Counted from the first letter of the whole stretch, positions 1 to 15,721 are shown. The stretch: 63,711 nt of DNA, filler included, from Bigelowiella natans CCMP2755 (GCA_000320545.1; 6 parts of 6 records of this genome joined end to end with filler, not necessarily neighbours in it); one strand, 5' to 3'. The notes: generated by a model from the letters alone, not told the origin. Numbers and translations are program-made.

Positions 1-17
1 TATATATATAGTATACC

Positions 18-568
18 TCATTGGACAAGTCGTTAAATTGTACCACTAAGGACCTTAAATCTCTTTTTTCAAACTTTGTAAAACCTAGTGATAGGTAGGA
101 TACATGGTTTCTTTCAAAATTTTGCCATGTATAACCATACTGGCTAGATCGATTAGCATCACATCAATAAATGAGTAGCCTCTATGTCTTCTTTTTGGAT
201 GAATTTTATCTTACTTGTCGTGATTCCAGTGGAATGCATGCGCATTTAAAGTTGCAGCTACTCGTACCATTACCATAACGATTGAACACCTAATTTTGGT
301 ATTTGATATCTAAGAAAATATCGGTTAAGTTCTTATTTTTTAAATTTCTTTCTGTTTAGAGTGGCTGTTGTTTCGCTTGTATTAACGTTTGCATATTCAT
401 ATTGCCATAGAAATAAATGGAACATAAATCAACTACACTAAAGGTACTAAATATTAACAACCAAAACTGCCATTTCTCACTCTCTTTCACTCTCTCTCTC
501 TCGCTCGCTCGCTCGCTTGTAAACTCATTACTATTTTTCTCTCTGTTGCTAAACTTTAGAGTAGAAAT

Positions 569-622
<54 letters not shown>

Positions 623-787
623 GGAGAGAAAGAGGAGTGAGGAAAATAAAAGAGTAGAATTTTGAAGCTTAGGAGCTCTTTCTTACTACCTGATTGCTTA
701 TCTTATACACTCCACGTTCCCTTTACATATTCATATACAGCAATATATGTATTGTTAGTACATAATTAAATATATCTATATTGTATA

Positions 788-834
<47 letters not shown>

Positions 835-837
835 ATA

Positions 838-872
<35 letters not shown>

Positions 873-1974
873 ATTTGTGTATTTCCTTAAACATATTACA
901 AATTTATCATATATAGTTATGTAAAAATCTAGAAATGTTCTCGATGAAAAGAGAGATTGCGATGACTTGAATATTATTCCGAGTGGTAAAGACGGGCTCG
1001 CTGGTTGACAGAAGTAACCGATCTGTGTGGAGACATTTGCTGGCCAAAAGCTGACGTATGTAGATAGATAAGAACAATTTTCAGATATGATTTAAGATGG
1101 AGCAACAAATTGATAATTAATTCAAACCCAATATCTATGAAGTACCTGTTCGATGGCGCTGAGGTAAAGGGAGAGAGAGAGGGGGAAATCGTTTTTGGAG
1201 AAGCAGAGGGATTTGCGGTAGATGGTGCCCTTGTTGAAGGGGACATTGAAGGAGAGGAACTTGGTGAATTCGATGGTGTCTAACGAAAATATTTGAAATA
1301 GTGATGGATAGCTGTTCAAAAGGGAGGGGATAGATGGTCCTAACTAAATACTAAATCAATACTTGGGTAGGTGCCATTGTTTGAGGAACTCGAAGAAAGA
1401 GAACGCCAGTATAGACTTTTTAAAGATATAGTAAAATTATTAAGAGGATTGGAAAATTTGAGTGAGGAGTGAAGAGACAGAAGAGGCGTTTTGGTTATAT
1501 CTTTCTTTTATTCTTGGACAAGCATGCATACAACCTGAGATAACTTCATGTACAGAATGGGCATTGATATCGAAGAACTGATTTATGTTGTCAATGGTAG
1601 ATTCATTTAGAAGACCTAGATGGAAGACATCTCAAATCGACTCAAATTATAGGAAATTTCACTCTCAACTAATTCTTGTTTTGATTTTCCTCCCTATTGG
1701 TTGCTAGCTACAAAAGACTTTTTTTGCTGCAATGCATGCCAAAGATATCCCAAGTTTTGTGATATAATTTAAAATAACTTGAAACGAGAGACTTTAGTTA
1801 AATGTTTAGACAGACAATAATGTGCTTTCCAATGGTTCCTACATTAATTTCTCCATCGACAGTATATCTCAGTAAATCCCCTTGAAGAATGACATGTAGT
1901 GAAATACTCAATGACTGACGCAAGGATAATTGTAATAACGAAGACTGTGTCCATGATTACTCAGAACACGTATG

Positions 1975-2010
<36 letters not shown>

Positions 2011-3033
2011 ATATATCAAAAAGACTTTGGCAGAAATTTAAGTGGTCACTACCGTTTTGAAGAAGATAGTATAATCCCAAGGCATTCTATTTTATCGAAA
2101 GATGATATTACCAGTTAGTACGATATGTAAACAAAAAGTTTCTTCCTCAATTTAATATTATGAAGCATACTATTAACATGAAATGCGGGGTGACATATGA
2201 ACGGACAGCAGAAAAGCTGCATATATATTCAAAGTATATATATGTGTGTGTGTGTGTGTGCGTGTGTGTGTGTTGCATGTGCGTATCACAAACTCAAAAT
2301 GAATATCATCAATAAATGTGTTCGACTAGTAGAAATTCAAGAGAACCTTCTGTTCAACGCCTACTATCGTCTGCACAGATGAAAAGTTGTAAGATGAACT
2401 TGCAAGGTAGTATGTTCCTGAACATGGTGGTGATAAAATCTTTATGGCGTTACATGCATGCATTAGAATTTTAAATAACGATTCACAGTAAAGATGAGAC
2501 TTTGTGAAATATGGTGGAAATGTTGGTTTGTTTTGGGCACTACTACTACTATATATGCATACACAGACACACGCACATACACACGCACACACACAATATT
2601 AATCAATATCAATATACATACATAATATATATATATATATATATATATGGGCACATGTGTCTAGGAACAGATATCCTGAAATAATCACACTAATAATGCT
2701 TATCTACTATCAGTTAGTAAATTATCATTTTATCACCAAATCCTATTCCAAATATGAATACACTTCCATCCTCTGTCACAACCGTGAAATAGTCCTAAGT
2801 AACGAATAAGGATCAAGATAACATGATGTGATTATGGTGATAATACTGATGACGGTGTATTTTTGTTAAGCATTCTATGTATTTTTGATCAGTATTGCGT
2901 TCTAAATCACGCATTCTTTACCGATAAAAATCGTTATACAGATGATTGATATTCTTGTTCTTACTTCTTCCGTATTTTTTTGTTATTTCAAATACAACTA
3001 AACACTCTACCACTATTATTTTTTACTACTTCA

Positions 3034-3073
<40 letters not shown>

Positions 3074-3891
3074 AGACTCACATAATATCCATAAGTTGCA
3101 ATTGGTTTTCCCTAATTTAAAATTGTGGCTTTATGATTGAATAGACTTTATGATCAGTCAGCATGTAATCATTGCATTGTTACTCTCACCCCTATCGATG
3201 AAAGAAATTTATTTTTCCTTCTCTTCTAGGTGCGTGTATTGTGTTTGCGACGATTTCAAAATGACAACGACAGATGACATAATCTATGTGACAAGTAAGT
3301 CGAGGTCAGCTTTAACTATCAATTATACGACTAATTTGTACTCACGCCTACTGCTACCGCTACTACTCTACTACTACTACTACTACTACTACTACTTGCA
3401 ATCCCTTCCTGACATATCATAAACTTTAAAACATAGTAGCATTAAAAATACTCACAGATGCTCTCAGGAAAGGCTGTATAGTATGGTAGTAAGCGAGATC
3501 AGGAGTTTCTCCAATGGTGAATACATAATCTGTAGTGTATGTGGAGAAAAACAGAAACTTCATATTCTAGGCAATACTTCTACGATGAATATTATGAAAC
3601 AATACTAGCAACATTTTCAAGTTGATATTGTATTAGTACTCTTCTTAATTAAGTATTATACTAAATTTATCAATATGATTGGTAGGACAAATATGGAGAA
3701 TTGGTATTATCTGAAGATGATGATGGATGATGCTTCCTCTTGAGCATTATCAGTTATTGAAAAGTAGAATCGATTATAATTATCATTTGTAATACATGAT
3801 ATAACTTCATATCAATTGTGATATTTCCGTGATAAACTTCAAAAATTACAAAATGAATAGGAGGGGTGTCATCCAAGATTAGTGTCACTGG

Positions 3892-3945
<54 letters not shown>

Positions 3946-4928
3946 CAATGTGTGTGTGTGTGTGTGTGTCGTGGTACGCTGTATACCTCCGTTTGAATCG
4001 CTCTTGTTTTTAACAGCTACAAATCCTGATCATTTGGATTACAATGTATATAACATTCGTCACTATATTTGAATTTTAAGGCAGTATATTCTTATACATA
4101 AATAGCTACATATCATCAGATTTTACAAGAGTGAAATCATCGATAATGAGCTGTTTAAGCAACCATCATTACGATCACAAAAAAAAGCAGGAATACTACT
4201 ACTACCATTTTGAGCTGCGACAACATCTTGAACCCCTTGAATAGTAAGTAGTAACAATATTAGAAGATAGGGATACGGCGACGCAAATTGTTCAATCATA
4301 CCTAGTGAGAAGAATATACATATTTCCATGTATATGAATATCGTGATATGTTGTGTTCAATCGATGGTAGTTGTAGCATCATTATTTATATTGAGCATCA
4401 AATATTAGTTAGTAAGATGATCATTTTACATATCGTTTGCTATGTTTAATTATTGCAGCAAGAAATTAAGATTAATAACAACAAAAACAACAACCGCTTG
4501 TTAACGCAACTTCGTCATTTCTTGCAGTGGAAATCGAATCACCCCTCAAAGAATTAATAACAAAAATAGTAAAAGTGGTAGTAGTGGAAGAAGAAGAAGA
4601 AGAAGAAGAAGAAGAAGAAGAAGAAGAAGGACAAGGAAATCGTAAGATACAAAATTAGAAGAAATGCAAGAAACATGTTGCAAATATATCGTCTATTCAC
4701 GTGAGCTTCTGGAAGGTACATCTGCAGATAGAGGAGAAAGGCTGGATTGCTTTAGTACGACTCATATAATGGCTGATATAATAATCTGATTTGTTGCTAC
4801 TTTTTTTAACTATCGAAATGATTGAGAATCACTATTATTTTGTTATGATTCTCCAGAGGCGAGGAATTATAATTTGTTATGATTTCTCCAGAGGGGAGGA
4901 GCAATCAATTCGACCACCATCACCACCA

Positions 4929-4969
<41 letters not shown>

Positions 4970-5588
4970 GATATATAAATATGTGTGTATGTGTGCTGCT
5001 TCCACCAGATCACAAGTTTCCCATTACTTTGCAAAGCACTAAAAGCTGCACAATAAAATGATGATACACGAAATAGTGATAATAATGATAATAAGAATAC
5101 AAATAGTAATATTCTTCAAGATCCATTCAAAGCACGTCTCTAATATTAATTGTTTTTGTTTGCATTATTTCGCTCAGGCAGGTAGAATATTTCCCATCAT
5201 ATAATAATGATCTATGCCGTCGACATCATCATCATCATCATCATTGTCATCATCATCATTGTCACCATGATTATATTACGCATGCTTTAATACAGGAAGG
5301 ATTACCATTACTGCTTGCAACCATTTTTGTCTGTGAGAACGAAATATATATAAGTTTGATTTGATTTGGGGATTTGAAACACAGACACTCCATTCTCTCA
5401 CTCGCTTATATCACATGTAGCAGCAGATAGAACGGAATGATATTGTCAGTAGATCTTAACAACAACACCAACAATGGCGCAACTACCGTATTTAGTAGCA
5501 TCGAAGCCACAGTATTAACAAGGAGGACAGATTTAGCTTTGCTCTGATATAGTTTTATCATAACTGAGAATAAACATACAAATATTTG

Positions 5589-5660
<72 letters not shown>

Positions 5661-6051
5661 TACCAATATATATGTGTATACAAAGGTATAAAATGCAATA
5701 CAACTCTGTAATTGCAACTTAATCTACCGGATAATATTAATATGAGGACAATTATGATTTTTTTTAACATTATATGGTCCCCTCCTCCCCATACACCACT
5801 TGCTTCTTCTTCCTCCTCTTCTTCTTCTTATTCTTCTTCTTCTTCTGTAGGCACTGATACATCCCATGTTCATGGCGTATAACATGGCCAGTAATAGCAG
5901 CAGTAGTAGCAGCAGGGCACAGCTCAAATTTACTCACCCGATCTTCAAAGAAATCACCCCAAATATATATATCGGAATTGTTAAAGTCGTAGTTCAGATC
6001 TCGGTTTTTAATAATTGCTGCAGCACCTCTCGTAAAGTCATTCAATGGAAC

Positions 6052-6089
<38 letters not shown>

Positions 6090-6533
6090 ATATAAGGTAA
6101 TAACAAACAAGACGCGTCTATAGTAGATGACAAAAGGAACATCTAAAGGAGTGCACACGACAACTACAAAAACTAATCAATTCGAGTCTTTTGTCTTTTA
6201 GGTGTGTGTTTAGGTGGCTGATTTGATTTCATAACAACAAGAATCTAGCACCAGATGCATGTGTATGCGTATATGTGTGTCTTTTAGGAGGAAAAAGAAG
6301 AAGAAGATGAAGAAGAAGGAGAAACACACTTGATTGCTACACATAGCAACGACAGATACTTCAAAATTTGGACAAAAGTGGAAAATTATGCTTAGATACT
6401 CCATTTTAGTGCACAATTTAGTTAGAAACGATTGATTGTGCACGAGTTAGCTGATTTTAGGAAACGTAGCAGTATAAGTGACAATATGTACCATCATATC
6501 AATATTCAATACAATATTTATTCGTATACAAAC

Positions 6534-6604
<71 letters not shown>

Positions 6605-6697
6605 AAAATTATCTTCGACCAATTTTCTGTATTTGTAAGCGTTTCAAGTCGTGAGCTACCGTATCTCTATTGTAGTGTCAAAGTACACACACATATG

Positions 6698-6736
<39 letters not shown>

Positions 6737-8550
6737 GTGTGTGTGTGTGTGTGTGTGTGTGTGATACATGAATGAGCTTTGTAACATACATACACAATAT
6801 TCTGAGGACTACATAGGGCTAGTAACTAACAAATATGGAACTTACAACGATTGATCAAGATTTTCACACTTTCCTCTCTCTTTCTGGACCTCTCATCGTC
6901 GATGAATGCTGCATAAATGCACTTGCTACAATGTTTTTAGTTACGTATCTTCTATCTATAATGCCTTACAAAGAAAGGAGATATGCGTTGAGGTTTTGCT
7001 TGAATTGTGGGAGGAAGGTCCACATATGAACGTCCCTCTGTATTATCGTATCCATGTACACTTATAATTAATAACAGAAAAACGTCTCACAGCCGTCGTT
7101 ACGAGGGAATATCACCCTCATCACCAAACAAAGAATGATAATCGTATGATCTATATGCTGACGGTGTTGTCGTATATTCCTCTTCTATGCTTCTTCTTCT
7201 TCTTCTTCTTCTTCTTCTTCTTCTTTGTACAGAATTGAAGGAATGGATAGTGATAGATGTGTTTTTGTCTGCTGCTGCTGTCTTTTGCTGCTACAACATC
7301 ATATTTTGATAATATATATTCTTATATATAGAATACCACTACTACTACAACCACTGCAAGATAATACTTCTAACTTCTTCTTCCATGCATGTAATATTCT
7401 ACACAAATTATACTTGCTGCTGCTACTGCTACTCGAAATTCATCCTACACTTAGTAGTCAGACTGCACTAAGGCAGCACTGATTACCTATATTACCGATT
7501 TGTTGACGACTATGAACTCATAGTAACTATCAAGAGAGAGAAAGAGAGACAGAGAAGAAAAGGTAGTAGTAGCAATAGACAATAAATAAGTTAGTATTAA
7601 ATGATGTATTTTTTGTATAAACGTCATCATTGTTGGAGAACCTGCTAAAACTATACTTAGGAAAAGTATTCAAGCAACATTATCATCATCATCGTCATCA
7701 TCAACAATATCACAACGATACAACCGCAAAAATACTACTACCTCCTCTAAACACGATCATCATCATATTTCACAATTTTCAACACCACGACTGTGATATG
7801 TGTGTACATGAATTGTAGCGAATTAGAATGAACGACATTGACTTCTTGTGTACATGTAAGAACAATTACAATAATATCCTGCTGCACATATAATAATAAG
7901 CAGACTATGTTGATATACTCCTTACCTGCTTTGAACTTGGGTGACATTGTTCAAAGCTACCATCGATTTCTGGAACAGTATATCAGTATATATGTATCAT
8001 AAGTGTTTGTTTATCAATGCCGTTCTTGTACTTATGCAACTATATCATGATATCACTTCTAATAATAAGGATTCTAGTTTGAAATCGTCGTGTTATTACC
8101 TGCAAATCGATCATCATACTATACACTAATGCAAGCACAGCATTCGATTTTTTTGAAATAATATACAACATTACTGTAGGTAACACAACTCCATTTGGTA
8201 AGCAGTAGTAGTAACTTTTTACTACATCATACGTTAGAGAATGGTGAATCACCCCCCAAGATATTAGCTAGTAGTTTTACTACAACATACGTTAGAAAAT
8301 GGTGAACCACCCCAAGATATTAGCTTTCCTAAAAGCAGTATAGCAATCATGTATGCAGGGCATGATAATGAATGATGATAATGATGATAATAACGGGATG
8401 GTGATGATTGTGTGCAGAGAGATTCTAGAAAAAGCTCGATCGAGAAAATTTGGCACATTTTCGTGATTTCAAGTTTTGAAGAGTCATTGAATGAATCAGC
8501 AGCAACATGACCAAAATTGAGAACAAAAAGTAATCAAGTGCCATCTACAA

Positions 8551-8588
<38 letters not shown>

Positions 8589-9885
8589 TATTACCGCTTT
8601 CACGATCCCATGCTGCAAAACCAGCAGATATTGCATATATATCACTTACATTTACCCCATCTTCAAGGAATCCTGTAGTTGGTAATGTAATGTACAATTC
8701 TAATCAGTTTCGAATGACTTATCGTCGTGATACACAGCAACTATTAGAGGTAGAATTAATAGTACAAGCAAGTGCGAACATTTGTGTGAATACACTGCTG
8801 AAAGATAGATAAATTGTGAGGTTTAGAGTTATGCTATGCATTGAATATTTTATATATTGTGTTCATCGACTTCTTCTTCCTCTTCACTCTACGACTTCAG
8901 ATATACTGATTATACCTTGTACGGTTTTAGTGATGTTGCCCCCATAGCTGCTATGACCCCAGGCTATTACTTTGCCATTTGATCCCAATGCTTAAGAAGA
9001 AGAAGACGAAATAAAAAAGAAGAAGAGAATGTTGATCATATTAGTGAGATCATAGTCTCGAAAGCAACTGAATGCAGCTGATGGTACTTAAAAAAGAAGA
9101 AGAAGAAGAAGAAGGGACCATCATCACACCACATCTCATAGATATTTATGCTGCTGCAAAATAAGAAGACTGTGGTTGGAAGGAGGAGGTATAGTTGTTG
9201 TTTCCGTTCCGTGAGGATGAAACCGAATATTAGTAGTTTGTAGTAAGATATCACTAAAACTTGTTCATTTTTGCAACAATAGCATTACAAATTATGATGA
9301 TGATGATGATGACGATGATGATGATTGATTGATTGACCAGCAAATGCTCTTTCGTTCGCAACAACATGTGTTACATTTATCTGATATATTAATGATGATA
9401 TTGAGAATCAATAGTATGTGCATACTATTTCCTAAGTACTACAGCCTTAATGAAAATGATACTTTAGAAGTCCAAATAATGATGGGAAAGGGATAAGTAG
9501 CAGTAAAAAAATGATAATGGTTGTGATTATTACACACCTTTGTTTAATGCAAGCGGACTATCTACATAACCATTATCATCATCTTTACTACTACATTTTT
9601 ATTGTAGAATAGTCCTCTTCTTTATCATCATCAATCCTCACCTCTGCCAAATTCGATGCCACGGTGGAAATATCGATATTCAAGGCCGTAAGATCTCCCT
9701 ATATGATAGTTGTTTCATCCTTCATAAGTATACTTTGATTCATAAAGGAAAATAACATCTCTTGATAGGCTAGCTACTCTATTACGCAGTAGCAGTATTT
9801 GTAGTAGTCGTAGTAGTAGTTGTTGTTATTTTTGTTGTTGCAGTACCCATGTAAAAACAGTTCCGTCATCACGTAATGCTGTATA
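18..9885 (-). CDS. Multi-exon RCC1/BLIP-II-like beta-propeller repeat protein with a Ser/Pro/Thr-rich linker; 3' end runs off the contig
   Basis: Mostly phase-compatible GT-AG exons translate to RCC1-like repeats: LRDDGTVFTW|GDLTALNIDISTVASNLAE (~9880-9645), INVTHVVANERAFA|ALGSNGKVIAWGHSSYGGNITK (~9380-8920), VSDIYAISAGFAAWDRES|GKLISWGG (~8670-8291), DIYIWGD (~5960), AFSALQSNGKLVIW|GDSIS (~5046-4500), DYFTVVTEDGSVFIFG (~2790). These are followed by TMAPTQ|TPSNSPSSSPSMSPSTRAPSTANPSASP (~1415-1146). Not every exon was resolved. Confidence 0.7.
8217..8325. repeat. Tandem ~52-bp duplication of an RCC1-gene exon end plus donor
   Basis: ttttactaca.catacgttaga.aatggtgaa.cacccc..aagatattagct at 8217-8269 and 8275-8325. 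Confidence 0.9.
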
Positions 9886-10334
9886 GGCTAATGATGTTGA
9901 TGGTCCATTTAAAATTGGAAAAGAAGAGGAAGAAGAAGATGATGATGAATAAGAAGAAGAAACCAAAAAAAAAGAAGGATAGTGAGAATCAAAGAAATAT
10001 CAATACAAACATTCAGAAGAAGTTAATTGACGACGGCTTAACTTGTTGTGTTGTTTCAAGCAAAATACTGGAATAGTAGTGCCATAATATTAATTACAGC
10101 TTTACCACTTATTATTACTACTGTAGTGTTTGCGTAGTATCAACTATTAATTCAAAACTACAATCTTATATTTGCTACTTCGAGTCTAATATTCTATTTT
10201 CTACTTCTAGTGACAATGTACTACTACTGAAAGAATGGATATATGTAAATCACAATTATTGCAATGAAAAAGTCGTATACGATGATGATCCATCGTTCTG
10301 TTTCTTCTTCTTCTTACTACAACTTACTACTACT

Positions 10335-11386
10335 GCTACTAGTACTACTGCGTGCCTTGCAAAGCATTGGGATTCTTCGTTGCAACGACTCTGAGAACCT
10401 AATTATTATTGGAGAAAATGTAAGAAAACAACGATTTTAGGTTGTAGTGAAAATAGTATTGGTCGTATTAGTAGCAGCAGTAGCAAATCGTAGAGTTGGA
10501 AAATAATGAGCTAACTAACTTTGTACGATGATCATACGTTTACATAATTCAAATAACTGCAGTTTAATTGAATTCATTTCAGTTGTGATTAGTCGAGTAA
10601 AAATATCAAAGCAGTTACCCCAATCTATTATAATTTTAATGATGATAATCTTTCATCACCTTCTTTCTTAGTTCTGGAATTTCATCTGCAGCATTGGCAA
10701 GTTGCCAACTGATCTGATCAATCATATCATACGATGAAAATTATGACTGTGTTCATGAGTGAATAATAACTAAAATTTTAGGGGTGTTAGAGGTTATGCT
10801 TGTGATTGCTGTGTTAGCAGTTGTAATATACTATATCATCAATTTTGATAATAGAACATCATACTTTAGTGCTGCTGGTGTTGGTTTAATCATAGTACCA
10901 GAAATTTCTCATCATCATTACACAAACTACTCATTGTACTACTGCTGCTGGTGGTGGTTAGTATCAATCTTTGCAGAATTTGCATAAACTCATCGTAAAC
11001 TCACCACCACCACTATCACCACAGTACTTAAATTGTAGCAATAATTTATAGTTGATGTTATATTAATTAGGCGACGGTTTAAAAAGTAGAAACAACTCTT
11101 CGCTGTTTTCACGATGATACCACGCAGAAGACACCATAGTTAGATGATTCTTTTGCTGGATTTACTTCATAAGTTTCTTCGTATAATATTATTAAATTTA
11201 GAATTTCTTCTTCTCCTCAGTAGTATATCTATGTTGTTGTTGTTGCTGCTGCTGCTGCTATTCTACTAGTCTTACTTGTATACTTGCAGTCCTGTAGGTC
11301 CATTTGAAGCAGCAGCTATATTGACATAACTATTACTACTGTATGCTTGCAGTTGTCCCGCTGTTGAAGCCTCTGGAACAAAAAAC

Positions 11387-11427
<41 letters not shown>

Positions 11428-11667
11428 ATTAATAGGAGGAACTTATTAAAAAAGATACTGACGATGACGAAATTATCTATGATTATGATCGATACAAGGG
11501 TAGTTGTGATGGTGGTAGTGGGGAGAAACATCACATTAATTGGGATGTTATGAAAACATAGTTATTTGTAGTATTAGTACTAGTAAGTATTAGTAGTAGT
11601 AGTGGTAGTAGTAGTAGTAGTATTGGTAGTAATGTTATTTCGTTGCGACATTTTTTCCCTTACTCAG

Positions 11668-11702
<35 letters not shown>

Positions 11703-12125
11703 GTGGTGGTAAAGCTGGTACTGCTGGTACTGCTGCTGGTGGTGGTGGTGGTGGTGGTGGTGGTTGGACTCCCAACTCATCGACGAGGAGTGCAGAGGAA
11801 GACGATAATGATGATAATATTGATGATGATGCCGATGATGATGAATTATGCAATTTCCATTCATATATTTCTTCTCTTGAATATTCATATTTAGCAACGT
11901 CATCAACGGATAGAAGCCCCTACAACAATGGTAACAACAATCAATAATGTCGTTCGTTAGGAAGATGATTTAAACATTTGTTATTGAAATATATAGCATC
12001 ATCAATCGAATATTTTCTGCATGTTCTTTGCAACGATGATTAGTTACCTACCTACCTATCTACATACTAAAACTAAAGACTACTACATATCTTAATTATG
12101 TCGTCCTACTACTACTACTACTACA

Positions 12126-12163
<38 letters not shown>

Positions 12164-12924
12164 CACTACTACCTGGCAGTGACACCATGGCTCCGAGGAA
12201 GAAGAAGATGAAGAAGATTGAGGAGTTGAGATTGTATTGTATTGGAATAATCTGTGAGAAAACAATAATATTCCGTACTATTTTATTTCTAGTATGCTCA
12301 TGACTATATGTTGTTATATTAGTGTGTATAATTGCTAATACAAGCTGCGTGAGGATGGAATTCGAATCTTTAAGAAGTTCTCATCCGCCGTGTACCTATT
12401 GTATGGAAGTAATAATATGATTCAGCGCCAAAGAAGACGATGTAGAAGCTGATACCAACAAATCTAATGATGAAGTAGTAAATTATTATTACTGAGTGAT
12501 CTATGTAGTGGTAAACTAGTACTTGTGTAAGAAGAAGAAGAAGCGGCAGTCCACAGCATATGAGTGAGTCTAACAAACGCTGTTATACTACTTTACTACT
12601 ACTACAACTGCTGCTGCTACTACTGCTGGCATGAGAACCATCATGTCATTTCATTATCATGTCTGCTGCTTTAATATCATCCCAAAGTACTAAATTCTTT
12701 CAACACTACAAATTATGGTTTAACAATATTTTATTTATTCGTTTCATTCATAGTACAGGATGCATCATTATCATTGACATTATTGTGTGTACTACTATAC
12801 TACTACTTGAGGGTTATTGCTACTGGCTTGCAATTTGATTCCATAGCATCAGTAGCAGGAGCGCCATTTTTAGGATTCAAGCAACTTTTATAACCGTATC
12901 CATAACTGGTAATTTTTTATATTG

Positions 12925-12960
<36 letters not shown>

Positions 12961-13508
12961 CGGAGAGGATGAATAGACAATTAGGTCAAAGCATATAAGT
13001 TGTTTGAGTTTGAGCTAATAAATAAAAGAATAAAAATACTCTAATTTTAGATCAACATGTTAATGGCATGAAACAAGATAGTAGTTTGTAGTAGTAATAA
13101 AGAAGAATTAGATGTAGTAAGTTGAAATGAGTAGTTAAAAACTGCAGAAGAACTAAGGAAGGAAGTCCGTCATCATAACGTGAAATTATCATTGATGAAG
13201 CTGACCAATCGCCATCAGTCTATTAAGATTATACGGGATAGGAATACTGCTATTCCTTCTCCTCCTCCTCCTCCTTCTTTTTCTTCTTCTTCTTCTTCTT
13301 CTTCTTCTTCTATTATCACTGGTGTTTCTGACCTTTTTATTGGATTTTGATTGTAGTATTCGGCATGAGGACTTTGGTAGCTTAATCTAGCCTGGTATCT
13401 AAGTAATGTTGTTATTGTTGCGGTTGTTGTTGTCACACAACGCATGCTGCTGCTGCCGCTGCTGTTTCTATGCATTTCATTATGCTGAGATAACAATAAG
13501 TTAGTAGC

Positions 13509-13539
<31 letters not shown>

Positions 13540-14682
13540 CATTTCATAATGCTGATATAACAATAACTTAGTAGCAGTAGTAGTTACTACCCATCAAACG
13601 TGATCAGGTTGCTGTCATTTCTTGTCTGGTTCGAAGATGGAGACGAAGAAGACGATGCTGCTGCTGCTGGTGATGATGATGATGATGATGATGATGGTGA
13701 TAACTGTTCTACCTATGATGGGAACACAATCAACAGCATTGAATAACAGCCATTATCTTCATGACACAACTACTAACACACGTGTCCACACACACACACA
13801 CACACCATATACCTCTATTGTCCATTTTGAGACGTCGTTCAATTGACACTGAGTGTAGCCTTCAAAGTACATTGGAATAGACTGTGCCAGTATAGGATAC
13901 AGTAGTAGTAGTGGTGAAAGTAATAGAAGTAGAAATTATTAATGATGATCATGATAAGGAGGAGGATTATAATTACGGATACAGGCCTCACTTATGCAAA
14001 TTAATAACACAACTGAAATCAATCCCTACCATTTACTACAAAAGTAACAACGACTGCTTGTAACTACAACTATAGTTGGTAGAACAAAAAGCATCGATAA
14101 TTGAAAGCAGCAGCATCAGCACACTCTTCCATGTATATATATATAACCCTAATGCTGCACCTCAGTTGTAAATCTGGAAACGTTTGCACATTTTCTTGAC
14201 GGCGACGACGACGACATGATCATCGTTGGATCATTCGTTTGTTGATTAGTCTCAGATGGGATAAAACCACCTGTAGGGAGGAGAGTAGTAGATCGGCAGC
14301 AGCAGTAACAGTAGTAGTATAGGCTTTTCAACTAATACAGTCATGATAATGATACTAACAACTATCTTGTTGATATATCTTGTAGAACCAATACTGTTTG
14401 TTTGTCATCGTGCATATACTAAGCAATTATTGACATTTGTTATTATTATATTGAAGTATGATGTTATATTACTTCGAAAGGCCTCATGGGAACAATTATA
14501 ATGGCCCTCTTTCACCTCGAATTTTACAAATGCCTAGAGGGACACGATCGATTGAAAACAAACAGCCAGGTGAGAGATGATTACAAATTCATGTGAATGA
14601 TGAAGAGGAAATCTTAAGTGTACGAAATATTATACTTGTTTACAATATATGATGTACGAGAATGAATTAATATTTTTTGACA

Positions 14683-14729
<47 letters not shown>

Positions 14730-15570
14730 GAGGAGCTGGTTGCTTAGACGCATATTAGTCCCAGACTTCATTCTCGTTACGCATCATCTCGATACTTTTA
14801 GACGCATATCTCTCCCAGACTTCATTCTCGTTAGGCATCATCTCTATACTACTTTTTTGACAACACGCACTCACCATGACGAATGATTACCTTTTGTAGA
14901 CTGATACAATTATATCCGTCCAATTGCTTGAAGGTCACCACACTTTCCTAAAAGATGATGATTGAAAGTGACAGTGACTATCATCAGTTTGAGAGATTGT
15001 TGTACTCAAAGTGTACGACGTTCAGGATGATAAGTCAGGATGATTAGATCGACAATGTCCTTTTTCTTCTAGTCCATCGTTGAGTGTAGTTTGTTGAAAT
15101 GGTGCTCCTCCTTATTACCTTAGTTTCGATGGTCTCAGTCAAATAGTAGTACATTGCAGATGCGCATATCACGCAACAGCAAAAATACCTGATTTAATTA
15201 TGCACTGTTACAAAAAATGATGATCTCATTATCATACACATTCTTATATTTGAATGGAAGCATATTTCCGTTCACAGTGTTGTTTTAAAGTCATTCCTAC
15301 ATATGGATGGAACCATATTTCCGTTGAGGGTGTTGTTGTGTTTTAATGTCATTCTGTTTATTTAGTTTTAACCGACAAGATGCAGGAGATGACAACGAGG
15401 GTTCTTAAAGGCCTCAGTGGCTTCGAAGTCCTTGAATCGAAGAACAACGAAGGAATTGGAACCTTAGAGCATAATCTCTGCAAAGATGGCGTCTCAGCAT
15501 TGTTCTGTTTCCCAGATGATGAAAAAGACAATTTCGTTTTCTTGTCAACACGCTGGCTCCGCTGCTGCAT
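10335..15570 (-). CDS. Multi-exon N-terminally membrane-anchored protein; probably the 5' half of the RCC1-like gene
   Basis: Candidate ATG at 15570 (MQQRSQR...PLRTLVVISCILS). Exons with canonical splice sites: CCCVICASAMYYYLTETIETK|ESVVTFKQLDGYNCISLQK, then AFVKFEVKEGHYNCSHEAFR|SGFIPSE...RFTTE|SIPMYFEGYTQCQLNDVSKWTIE|TRNDSNLITFDG|YQARLSYQSPHAEYYNQNPIK|SYGYGYKSCLNPK, then GLLSVDDVAKYEYSREEIYEWKL and MIDQISWQLANAADEIPELRKK. Linkage to the downstream RCC1 exons is inferred. Confidence 0.5.
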
Positions 15571-15721
15571 TCTATCGATTCCTAGGATGGAGAAGAATGG
15601 TGACAAAGAGCGACTTCTTCTTGGCCTCAATGTCAATGCTTCCCCTCCCTCCTTGGTCTAATTCGATGTTGTATGATGTGTGCTCCTCCTCGGAACGGAA
15701 TTGGTGGGTGGTGTGAGGCAG

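Noticed and set aside
1820-1850. Possible non-canonical GA splice donor (dinoflagellate-like)
   Set aside because: A canonical GTAGGA donor lies 13 nt upstream in the same exon, so a GA donor is not needed; the phase of the next exon remains unresolved.
14745-15356. Pairs of ~50-bp direct repeats resembling a CRISPR array
   Set aside because: Only two degenerate adjacent copies each, no spacers, no cas genes, eukaryotic intron context.
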